This document shows positions 43,590-55,500 of a stretch of 64,000 bases of DNA, piece by piece. Source of the DNA: Sminthopsis crassicaudata (Eukaryota); contig NC_133622.1 of assembly GCF_048593235.1 (NCBI RefSeq), positions 251,166,055-251,230,054 on the forward strand, written 5' to 3'. The translations under genes and the position numbers were made by a program. The notes beneath the pieces were generated by a model, which was not told the origin of the DNA, made no database searches, and saw nothing but the letters and a program-made list of their open reading frames with translations. Position 1 is the first letter of the stretch. Each line of letters starts with the position of its first letter.

Positions 43590-46500
43590 GGTGACTTAAA
43601 ATGCCGGGTATGAGAACTCTCCCAGAGTCTGGGGCATTCTCAGAGGCTGGGGTGCTCTCGGAGGATGGGATGTTGGCAGAGGTTGGGCATCTCTGAGGCT
43701 GGGGTACTGTCTGAGACTGGGGTGGTCTCAGAGGCTGGGATGTTTTCAGAGGTGGAAGTGAGCTCAGATGCCAGGTCTGAGAACTCTCTCAGAGGCTGGG
43801 GCATTCTCAGAGGCTGGGTTGCTCTCAGAGGCTGGAGTGTTCTGAAAGGCTGAAGTGTTCTGAGAGGCTGTGGAGCATTGAGAGGCTGAGTTGTTCCCAG
43901 AAGCTGGGTTGCTCCCATTGGCTGAAATATTCTCAGAGGCTGGGACATTCTCAGAGGCAGGGGGGTGCTCTCAGAGGCCGGGATGTTCTCAGAGGCTGGG
44001 GCTATCTCAGAGGCTGGGACATTCTCAGAGGCTGTGTTGCACTCATTGGCTGGGACCATGTCAGAGGCAGGGATGTACTCAGAGGCTGTGCTGTTCTCAG
44101 ATGTTGGGTTGCTCCCAGATGCTGGAACATTCTCAGAGGCTGGGGCATTCTCAGAGGCTGGGGCTATCTCAGAAGCAGAGGCTGGGACGTTCTCAGAGGC
44201 TGGGATGTTCTCAGAGGCTGGGGCTAACTCAGAGGCCGGGACGTTCTCTGAGGCTGGGGCTATCTCAGAGGTCGAGAAGTTCTCAGAGGCAGGGTTGCAC
44301 CCATTGGCTGTGACCTTCTCAGAGGCTGGGACACTCTCAGAGGCTGGGCTATCTCAGAGGCTAGGACATTCTCAGAGGCCGGGGCTATCTCAGAGGCTGG
44401 GACGTTCTCAGAGGCTAGGTTGCACCCATTGGCTGGGACCATGTTAGAGGCAGGGATGCACTCAGAGACTGGGGCTATCTCAGAGGCCGGGACGTTCTTA
44501 GAGGCTGGGACGTTTTCAGAGTCTGGGTCGCACCCATTGGTTGGGACCATGTCAGAGGCAGGGATGCACTCAGAGACTGGGGCTATCTCAGAGGCCGGGA
44601 CGTTCTCAGAGGCTGGGGCTATGTCAGAGGCTAGGATGTTCTCAGAGGCTGGGTTGCACCCATTGGCTGGGACCATGTCAGAGGCAGGAATGCACTCAGA
44701 GACTGGGGCTATTTCAGAGGCCGAGAGGTTCTCAGAGGCTGGGACATTCTCAGAGTCTGGGTTGCTTCCATTGGCTGGAACCTTCTCAGAGGCCGGGACA
44801 CTCTCAGAGTCTGAGACGCTCTTAGAGGCTGGGGCTATCTCAGAGGCTGGGGTGCTCTCAGAGGCTGGGGTGTTTTCAGAGGCTGGGGTGTTCTCAGAGG
44901 TGCAAGTCAGCTCAGATGCCACGTTTGAGAACTCTCTCAGAGTCTGGGGTCTTCTCAGAGGCTGGGGTGTTCTCAGAGGCTGGGGTGTTCTGAGAGGCCC
45001 GGACTTTCTCAGAGGCTGAGTTGCTCCCATTGGCTGGGACGCACTCAGAGGCCGAGACGTTCTCAGAGGCTGGGACATTCTCAGAGGCAGAAGCCGGGAC
45101 GTTCTCAGAGGCTGGGGTGTTCTGAGAGGCTGGGACGTTCTCAGAGGCTGGGGTGTTCTGAGAGGCTGGGACGCTCTCAGAGGCTGGAACATTCTTAGAG
45201 GCTGGGGTATTCTCAGAGGCTGGGGTGCTCCCATCAGCTGGGACCTTGTTAGTGGCAGGGACGCTCTCAGAGGCTGGGGCTATCTCAGAGGCTGGGGTGC
45301 TCTCAGAGACTGTGTTACTCCCATTGGCTGGGATGTTCTCAGAGGCAGGGGCTATCTCAGAGGCCGGGATCTTCTCAGAGGCTGGGACGCTCTAAGAGGC
45401 TGGGGCTATCTCAGAGGCCGGGACCTTCTCAGAGCCTGGAACGTTCTCAGAGGCTGGGGCTATCTCTGAGTCTGGGAGGTTCTCAGAGGCAGGGACACTC
45501 TCAGAGGCCGGATGTTCTCAGAGGCCCGGATGTTCTCAGAAGCTGGGGCTATCTCAGAGGCCGGGACACTCTCAGAGTCTGAGACGCTCTTAGAGGCTGG
45601 GGCTATCTCAGAGGCTGGGGTGTTTTCAGAGGCTGGGGTGCTCTCAGAGGCTGGGGTGCTCTCAGAGACTGTGTTGCTCCCATTGGCTGGGATGTTCTCA
45701 GAGGCCGGGATGTTCTCAGAGTCTGGGGTCTTCTCAGAGGCTGGGGTGTTCTGAGAGGCTGGGATGCTCTCAGAGGCTGGGACGTTCTCAGAGGCTGGGA
45801 CATTCTCAGAGGCAGGGACATTCTCAGAGGCTGGAACATTCTCAGAGGCTGGGGTGTTTTAAGAGGCTGGGGTGTTCTCAGAGGTGCAAGTCAGCTCAGA
45901 TGCCACGTTTGAGAACTCTCTCAGAGTCTGGGGTCTTCTCAGAGTCTGGGGTCTTCTCAGAGGCTGAGTTGCTCCCATTGGCTGGGACGCACTCAGAGGC
46001 CGAGACGTTCTCAGAGGCTGGGGTGTTCTGAGAGGCTGGGACGCTCTCAGAGGCTGGAACATTCTTAGAGGCTGGGGTATTCTCAGAGGCTGGGGTGCTC
46101 CCATCAGCTGGGACCTTGTTAGTGGCAGGGACGCTCTCAGAGGCTGGGGCTATCTCAGAGGCTGGGGTGCTCTCAGAGACTGTGTTGCTCCCATTGGCTG
46201 GGATGTTCTCAGAGGCCGGGATGTTCTCAGAGTCTGGGGTCTTCTCAGAGGCTGGGGTGTTCTGAGAGGCTGGGATGCTCTCAGAGGCTGGGACGTTCTC
46301 AGAGGCTGGGACATTCTCAGAGGCAGAAGCCAGCACGTTCTCAGAGGCTGAGACGCTGTCAGAGATTGGGGTGCTCCAAGAGGCTGGAACATTCTAAGTG
46401 GCTGGGGTATTCTCAGAGGCTGGGGTGCTCCCATCAGCTGGGACCTTGTTAGTGGCAGGGACGCTCTCAGAGGCAGGGGCTATCTCAGAGGCCGGGATCT

Positions 46501-49500
46501 TCTCAGAGGCTGGGACGCTCTAAGAGGCTGGGGTTATCTCAGAGGCCAGGACCTTCTCAGAGCCTGGAACGTTCTCAGAGGCTGGGGCTATCTCTGAGTC
46601 TGGGAGGTTCTCAGAGGCAGGGACACTCTCAGAGGCCGGATGTTCTCAGAGGCCCGGATGTTCTCAGAAGCTGGGGCTATCTCAGAGGCCGGGACACTCT
46701 CAGAGTCTGAGACGCTCTTAGAGGCTGGGGCTATCTCAGAGGCTGGGTGTTTTCAGAGGCTGGGGTGCTCTCAGAGGCTGGGGTGTTTTCAGAAGCTGGG
46801 GTGTTCTCAGAGGTGCAAGTCAGCTCAGATGCCACGTTTGAGAACTCTCTCAGAGTCTGGGGTGTTCTGAGAGGCTGGGACGCTCTCAGAGGCTGGGGCT
46901 ATCTCAGAGGCTGGGGCTATCTCAGAGGCAGGGACATTCTCAGAGGCTGGGGTGCTCTCAGAGGCTGGAACATTCTCAGAGGCTGGGGTGTTTTAAGAGG
47001 CTGGGGTGTTCTCAGAGGTGCAAGTCAGCTCAGATGCCACGTTTGAGAACTCTCTCAGAGTCTGGGGTCTTCTCAGAGTCTGGGGTCTTCTCAGAGGCTG
47101 AGTTGCTCCCATTGGCTGGGACGCACTCAGAGGCCGAGACGTTCTCAGAGGCTGGGGTGTTCTGAGAGGCTGGGACGCTCTCAGAGGCTGGAACATTCTT
47201 AGAGGCTGGGGTATTCTCAGAGGCTGGGGTGCTCCCATCAGCTGGGACCTTGTTAGTGGCAGGGATGCTCTCAGAGGCTGGGGCTATCTCAGAGGCTGGG
47301 GTGCTCTCAGAGACTGTGTTGCTCCCATTGGCTGGGATGTTCTCAGAGGCCGGGATGTTCTCAGAGTCTGGGGTCTTCTCAGAGGCTGGGGTGTTCTGAG
47401 AGGCTGGGATGCTCTCAGAAGCTGGGAGGTTCTCAGAGGCTGGGATGCTCTCAGAAGCTGGGAGGTTCTCAGAGGCTGGGACATTCTCAGAGGCAGAAGC
47501 CAGCACGTTCTCAGAGGCTGGGGTGTTCTGAGAGGCTGGGACACTCTCAGAGGCTGGAACATTCTTAGAGGCTGGGGTATTCTCAGAGGCTGGGGTGCTC
47601 CCATCAGCTGGGACCTTGTTAGTGGCAGGGACGCTCTCAGAGGCTGGGGCTATCTCAGAGGCTGGGGTGCTCTCAGAGACTGTGTTGCTCCCATTGGCTG
47701 GGATGTTCTCAGAGGCCGGGATGTTCTCAGAGTCTGGGGTCTTCTCAGAGGCTGGGGTGTTCTGAGAGGCTGGGATGCTCTCAGAGGCTGGGACGTTCTC
47801 AGAGGCTGGGACATTCTCAGAGGCAGAAGCCAGCACGTTCTCAGAGGCTGAGACGCTCTCAGAGATTGGGGTGCTCCAAGAGGCTGGAACATTCTAAGTG
47901 GCTGGGATATTCTCAGAGCCTGGGGTGCTCCCATCAGCTGGGACCTTGTTAGTGGCAGGGACGCTCTCAGAGGCAGGGGCTATCTCAGAGGCCGGGATCT
48001 TCTCAGAGGCTGGGACGCTCTAAGGGGCTGGGGTTTTCTCAGAGGCCAGGACCTTCTCAGAGCCTGGAACGTTCTCAGAGGCTGGGGCTATCTCTGAGTC
48101 TGGGAGGTTCTCAGAGGCAGGGACACTCTCAGAGGCCGGATGTTCTCAGAGGCCCGGATGTTCTCAGAAGCTGGGGCTATCTCAGAGGCCGGGACACTCT
48201 CAGAGTCTGAGACGCTCTTAGAGGCTGGGGCTATCTCAGAGGCTGGGGTGTTTTCAGAGGCTGGGGTGCTCTCAGAGGCTGGGGTGTTTTCAGAAGCTGG
48301 GGTGTTCTCAGAGGTGCAAGTCAGCTCAGATGCCACGTTTGAGAACTCTCTCAGAGTCTGGGGTGTTCTGAGAGGCTGGGATGCTCTCAGAGTCTGGGGT
48401 GTTCTCAGAGGCTGGGACGTTCTCAGAGGCTGGGACGTTCTCAGAGGCCGGGACTTTGTCAGAGGCTGGGACGTTTTCAGAGGCTGGGACGTTCTCAGAG
48501 GCCGGGACTTTGTCAGAGGCTGGGACGTTCTCAGAGGCCGGGACACTCTCAGAGTCTGAGATGCTCTTAGAGGCTGGGGCTATCTCAGAGGCTGGGGTGC
48601 TCTCAGAGGCTGGGGTGTTTTCAGAGGCTGGGACGTTCTCAGAGGCCGGGACACTCTCAGAGTCTGAGACGCTCTTAGAGGCTGGGGCTATCTCAGAGGC
48701 TGGGGTGTTTTCAGAGGCTGGGGTGCTCTCAGAGGCTGGGGTGTTTTGAGAGGCTGGGACGCTCTCAGAGGCTGGAACATTCTTAGAGGCTGGGGTATTC
48801 TCAGAGGCTGGGGTGCTTGCATCAGCTGGGACCTTGTTAGTGGCAGGGACGCTCTCAGAGGCTGGGGCTATCTCAGAGGCTGGGGTGCTCTCAGAGACTG
48901 TGTTGCTCCCATTGGCTGGGATGTTCTCAGAGGCCGGGATGTTCTCAGAGTCTGGGGTCTTCTCAGAGGCTGGGGTGTTCTGAGAGGCTGGGATGCTCTC
49001 AGAGGCTGGGACGTTCTCAGAGGCTGGGACATTCTCAGAGGCAGAAGCCAGCACATTCTCAGAGGCTGGGGTGTTCTGAGAGGCTGGGACACTCTCAGAG
49101 GCTGGGACGTTCTCAGAGGCTGGGACATTCTCAGAGGCAGAAGCCAGCACGTTCTCAGAGGCTGGGGTGTTCTGAGAGGCTGGGACACTCTCAGAGGCTG
49201 GAACATTCTTAGAGGCTGGGGTATTCTCAGAGGCTGGGGTGCTCCCATCAGCTGGGACCTTGTTAGTGGCAGGGACGCTCTCAGAGGCTGGGGCTATCTC
49301 AGAGGCTGGGGTGCTCTCAGAGACTGTGTTACTCCCATTGGCTGGGATGTTCTCAGAGGCAGGGGCTATCTCAGAGGCCGGATGTTCTCAGAGGCCCGGA
49401 TGTTCTCAGAAGCTGGGGCTATCTCAGAGGCCGGGACACTCTCAGAGTCTGAGACGCTCTTAGAGGCTGGGGCTATCTCAGAGGCTGGGGTGTTTTCAGA

Positions 49501-52500
49501 GGCTGGGGTGCTCTCAGAGGCTGGGGTGCTCTCAGAGACTGTGTTGCTCCCATTGGCTGGGATGTTCTCAGAGTCTGGGGTCTTCTCAGAGGCTGGGGTG
49601 TTCTGAGAGGCTGGGATGCTCTCAGAGGCTGGGACGTTCTCAGAGGCTGGGACATTCTCAGAGGCAGGGACATTCTCAGAGGCTGGGGTGCTCTCAGAGG
49701 CTGGAACATTCTCAGAGGCTGGGGTGTTTTAAGAGGCTGGGGTGTTCTCAGAGGTACAAGTCAGCTCAGATGCCACGTTTGAGAACTCTCTCAGAGTCTG
49801 GGGTCTTCTCAGAGTCTGGGGTCTTCTCAGAGGCTGAGTTGCTCCCATTGGCTGGGACGCACTCAGAGGCCGAGACGTTCTCAGAGGCTGGGGTGTTCTG
49901 AGAGGCTGGGACGCTCTCAGAGGCTGGAACATTCTTAGAGGCTGGGGTATTCTCAGAGGCTGGGGTGCTCCCATCAGCTGGGACCTTGTTAGTGGCAGGG
50001 ATGCTCTCAGAGGCTGGGGCTATCTCAGAGGCTGGGGTGCTCTCAGAGACTGTGTTGCTCCCATTGGCTGGGATGTTCTCAGAGGCCGGGATGTTCTCAG
50101 AGTCTGGGGTCTTCTCAGAGGCTGGGGTGTTCTGAGAGGCTGGGATGCTCTCAGAAGCTGGGAGGTTCTCAGAGGCTGGGATGCTCTCAGAAGCTGGGAG
50201 GTTCTCAGAGGCTGGGACATTCTCAGAGGCAGAAGCCAGCACGTTCTCAGAGGCTGGGGTGTTCTGAGAGGCTGGGACACTCTCAGAGGCTGGAACATTC
50301 TTAGAGGCTGGGGTATTCTCAGAGGCTGGGGTGCTCCCATCAGCTGGGACCTTGTTAGTGGCAGGGACGCTCTCAGAGGCTGGGGCTATCTCAGAGGCTG
50401 GGGTGCTCTCAGAGACTGTGTTGCTCCCATTGGCTGGGATGTTCTCAGAGGCCGGGATGTTCTCAGAGTCTGGGGTCTTCTCAGAGGCTGGGGTGTTCTG
50501 AGAGGCTGGGATGCTCTCAGAGGCTGGGACGTTCTCAGAGGCTGGGACATTCTCAGAGGCAGAAGCCAGCACGTTCTCAGAGGCTGAGACGCTCTCAGAG
50601 ATTGGGGTGCTCCAAGAGGCTGGAACATTCTAAGTGGCTGGGATATTCTCAGAGCCTGCGGTGCTCCCATCAGCTGGGACCTTGTTAGTGGCAGGGACGC
50701 TCTCAGAGGCAGGGGCTATCTCAGAGGCCGGGATCTTCTCAGAGGCTGGGACGCTCTAAGGGGCTGGGGTTTTCTCAGAGGCCAGGACGTTCTCAGAGCC
50801 TGGAACGTTCTCAGAGGCTGGGGCTATCTCTGAGTCTGGGAGGTTCTCAGAGGCAGGGACACTCTCAGAGGCCGGATGTTCTCAGAGGCCCGGATGTTCT
50901 CAGAAGCTGGGGCTATCTCAGAGGCCGGGACACTCTCAGAGTCTGAGACGCTCTTAGAGGCTGGGGCTATCTCAGAGGCTGGGGTGTTTTCAGAGGCTGG
51001 GGTGCTCTCAGAGGCTGGGGTGTTTTCAGAAGCTGGGGTGTTCTCAGAGGTGCAAGTCAGCTCAGATGCCACGTTTGAGAACTCTCTCAGAGTCTGGGAT
51101 GCTCTCAGAGTCTGGGGTGTTCTCAGAGGCTGGGACGTTCTCAGAGGCTGGGACGTTCTCAGAGGCTGGGACGTTCTCAGAGGCCGGGACTTTGTCAGAG
51201 GCTGGGACGTTTTCAGAGGCTGGGACGTTCTCAGAGGCCGGGACTTTGTCAGAGGCTGGGACGTTCTCAGAGGCCGGGACACTCTCAGAGTCTGAGATGC
51301 TCTTAGAGGCTGGGGCTATCTCAGAGGCTGGGGTGCTCTCAGAGGCTGGGGTGTTTTCAGAGGCTGGGACGTTCTCAGAGGCCGGGACACTCTCAGAGTC
51401 TGAGACGCTCTTAGAGGCTGGGGCTATCTCAGAGGCTGGGGTGTTTTCAGAGGCTGGGGTGCTCTCAGAGGCTGGGGTGTTTTGAGAGGCTGGGACGCTC
51501 TCAGAGGCTGGAACATTCTTAGAGGCTGGGGTATTCTCAGAGGCTGGGGTGCTTGCATCAGCTGGGACCTTGTTAGTGGCAGGGACGCTCTCAGAGGCTG
51601 GGGCTATCTCAGAGGCTGGGGTGCTCTCAGAGACTGTGTTGCTCCCATTGGCTGGGATGTTCTCAGAGGCCGGGATGTTCTCAGAGTCTGGGGTCTTCTC
51701 AGAGGCTGGGGTGTTCTGAGAGGCTGGGATGCTCTCAGAGGCTGGGACGTTCTCAGAGGCTGGGACATTCTCAGAGGCAGAAGCCAGCACGTTCTCAGAG
51801 GCTGAGACGCTCTCAGAGATTGGGGTGCTCCAAGAGGCTGGAACATTCTAAGTGGCTGGGGTATTCTCAGAGGCTGGGGTGCTCCCATCAGCTGGGACCT
51901 TGTTAGTGGCAGGGACGCTCTCAGAGGCAGGGGCTATCTCAGAGGCCGGGATCTTCTCAGAGGCTGGGACGCTCTAAGAGGCTGGGGTTATCTCAGAGGC
52001 CAGGACCTTCTCAGAGCCTGGAACGTTCTCAGAGGCTGGGGCTATCTCTGAGTCTGGGAGGTTCTCAGAGGCAGGGACACTCTCAGAGGCCGGATGTTCT
52101 CAGAGGCCCGGATGTTCTCAGAAGCTGGGGCTATCTCAGAGGCCGGGACACTCTCAGAGTCTGAGACGCTCTTAGAGGCTGGGGCTATCTCAGAGGCTGG
52201 GGTGTTTTCAGAGGCTGGGGTGCTCTCAGAGGCTGGGGTGTTTTCAGAAGCTGGGGTGTTCTCAGAGGTGCAAGTCAGCTCAGATGCCACGTTTGAGAAC
52301 TCTCTCAGAGTCTGGGGTGTTCTGAGAGGCTGGGACGCTCTCAGAGGCTGGGGCTATCTCAGAGGCTGGGGCTATCTCAGAGGCAGGGACATTCTCAGAG
52401 GCTGGGGTGCTCTCAGAGGCTGGAACATTCTCAGAGGCTGGGGTGTTTTAAGAGGCTGGGGTGTTCTCAGAGGTGCAAGTCAGCTCAGATGCCACGTTTG

Positions 52501-55500
52501 AGAACTCTCTCAGAGTCTGGGGTCTTCTCAGAGTCTGGGGTCTTCTCAGAGGCTGAGTTGCTCCCATTGGCTGGGACGCACTCAGAGGCCGAGACGTTCT
52601 CAGAGGCTGGGGTGTTCTGAGAGGCTGGGACGCTCTCAGAGGCTGGAACATTCTTAGAGGCTGGGGTATTCTCAGAGGCTGGGGTGCTCCCATCAGCTGG
52701 GACCTTGTTAGTGGCAGGGATGCTCTCAGAGGCTGGGGCTATCTCAGAGGCTGGGGTGCTCTCAGAGACTGTGTTGCTCCCATTGGCTGGGATGTTCTCA
52801 GAGGCCGGGATGTTCTCAGAGTCTGGGGTCTTCTCAGAGGCTGGGGTGTTCTGAGAGGCTGGGATGCTCTCAGAAGCTGGGAGGTTCTCAGAGGCTGGGA
52901 CATTCTCAGAGGCAGAAGCCAGCACGTTCTCAGAGGCTGGGGTGTTCTGAGAGGCTGGGACACTCTCAGAGGCTGGAACATTCTTAGAGGCTGGGGTATT
53001 CTCAGAGGCTGGGGTGCTCCCATCAGCTGGGACCTTGTTAGTGGCAGGGACGCTCTCAGAGGCTGGGGCTATCTCAGAGGCTGGGGTGCTCTCAGAGACT
53101 GTGTTGCTCCCATTGGCTGGGATGTTCTCAGAGGCCGGGATGTTCTCAGAGTCTGGGGTCTTCTCAGAGGCTGGGGTGTTCTGAGAGGCTGGGATGCTCT
53201 CAGAGGCTGGGACGTTCTCAGAGGCTGGGACATTCTCAGAGGCAGAAGCCAGCACGTTCTCAGAGGCTGAGACGCTCTCAGAGATTGGGGTGCTCCAAGA
53301 GGCTGGAACATTCTAAGTGGCTGGGATATTCTCAGAGCCTGGGGTGCTCCCATCAGCTGGGACCTTGTTAGTGGCAAGGACGCTCTCAGAGGCAGGGGCT
53401 ATCTCAGAGGCCGGGATCTTCTCAGAGGCTGGGACGCTCTAAGGGGCTGGGGTTTTCTCAGAGGCCAGGACGTTCTCAGAGCCTGGAACGTTCTCAGAGG
53501 CTGGGGCTATCTCTGAGTCTGGGAGGTTCTCAGAGGCAGGGACACTCTCAGAGGCCGGATGTTCTCAGAGGCCCGGATGTTCTCAGAAGCTGGGGCTATC
53601 TCAGAGGCCGGGACACTCTCAGAGTCTGAGACGCTCTTAGAGGCTGGGGCTATCTCAGAGGCTGGGGTGTTTTCAGAGGCTGGGGTGCTCTCAGAGGCTG
53701 GGGTGTTTTCAGAAGCTGGGGTGTTCTCAGAGGTGCAAGTCAGCTCAGATGCCACGTTTGAGAACTCTCTCAGAGTCTGGGGTGTTCTGAGAGGCTGGGA
53801 TGCTCTCAGAGTCTGGGGTGTTCTCAGAGGCTGGGACGTTCTCAGAGGCTGGGACGTTCTCAGAGGCCGGGACTTTGTCAGAGGCTGGGACGTTTTCAGA
53901 GGCTGGGACGTTCTCAGAGGCCGGGACTTTGTCAGAGGCTGGGACGTTCTCAGAGGCCGGGACACTCTCAGAGTCTGAGATGCTCTTAGAGGCTGGGGCT
54001 ATCTCAGAGGCTGGGGTGCTCTCAGAGGCTGGGGTGTTTTCAGAGGCTGGGACGTTCTCAGAGGCCGGGACACTCTCAGAGTCTGAGATGCTCTTAGAGG
54101 CTGGGGCTATCTCAGAGGCTGGGGTGTTTTCAGAGGCTGGGGTGCTCTCAGAGGCTGGGGTGTTTTCAGAGGCTGCGGTGTTCTCAGAGGCTGGGGTGTT
54201 CTCAGAGGTGCAAGTCAGCTCAGATGCCACGTTTGAGAACTCTCTCAGAGTCTGGGGTCTTCTCAGAGGCTGGGGTGTTCTGAGAAGCTGGGACGCTCTC
54301 AGAGGCTGGGGTATTCTCAGAGGCTGGGGTGCTTCTATCGGCTGGGACCTTCTTAGTGGCAGGGACATTCTCAGAGGCTGGGGTGCTCTCAGAGACTGTG
54401 TTGCTCCCATTGGCTGGGACCTTCTCAGAGGCTGGGACGCTCTAAGAGGCTGGGGTTATCTCAGAGGCCAGGACATTCTCAGTGGCTGGGGCTATCTCAG
54501 AGGCTGGGGCGTTCTCGGAGGCTGAGACGTATTCAAAGGCTGGGACAATCTCAGAGGCTGGGACATTCTCAGAGGCTGGGACATTCTCAGAGGCTGGGAT
54601 GCTTCCATTGGCTGGGACCTTCTCAGAGGCCGGGACACTCTCAGAGGCCGGGACGTTCTCAGAGGCTGGGGCTATCTCAGGGGCTGGGATGCTCTCAGAG
54701 GCCAGGACATTCTCAGTGGCTGGGGCTATCTCAGAGGCTGGGGCGTTCTCGGAGGCTGAGACGTATTCAAAGGCTGGGACAATCTCAGAGGCTGGGACAT
54801 TCTCAGAGGCTGGGATGCTTCCATTGGCTGGGACCTTCTCAGAGGCCGGGACACTCTCAGAGGCCGGGACGTTCTCAGAGGCTGGGTCTATCTCAGGGGC
54901 TGGGATGCTCTCAGAGGCTGGAACATTCTCAGAGGCTGGGGTGTTTTAAGAGGCTGGGGTGTTCTCAGAGGTGCAAGTCAGCTCAGATGCCAGGTTTGAG
55001 AACTCTCTCAGAGTCTGGAGTCTTCTCAGAGGCTGGGGTGTTCTGAGAGGCTGGGACTTTCTCAGAGGCTGAGTTGCTCCCATTGGCTGGGACGCACTCA
55101 GAGGCCGAGACGTTCTCAGAGGCTGGGACATTCTCAGAGGCAGAAGCCGGGACGTTCTCAGAGGCTGGGACACTCTCAGAGGCTGGGACGCTCTCAGAGA
55201 TTGGGGTGCTCCAAGAGGCTGGAACATTCTTAGAGGCTGGGGCATTCTCAGAGGCTGGGGTGCTCCCATCGGCTGGGACCTTCTTAGTGGCAGGGACGTT
55301 CTCAGAGGCTGGGGTGTTTTCAGAGGCTGGGACCTTCTTAGTGGCAGGGACGTTCTCAGAGGCTGGGGTGTTTTCAGAGGCTGGGACGTTCTCAGAGGCC
55401 GGGACACTCTCAGAGTCTGAGATGCTCTTAGAGGCTGGGGCTATCTCAGAGGCTGGGGTGTTTTCAGAGGCTGGGGTGCTCTCAGAGGCTGGGGTGTTTT

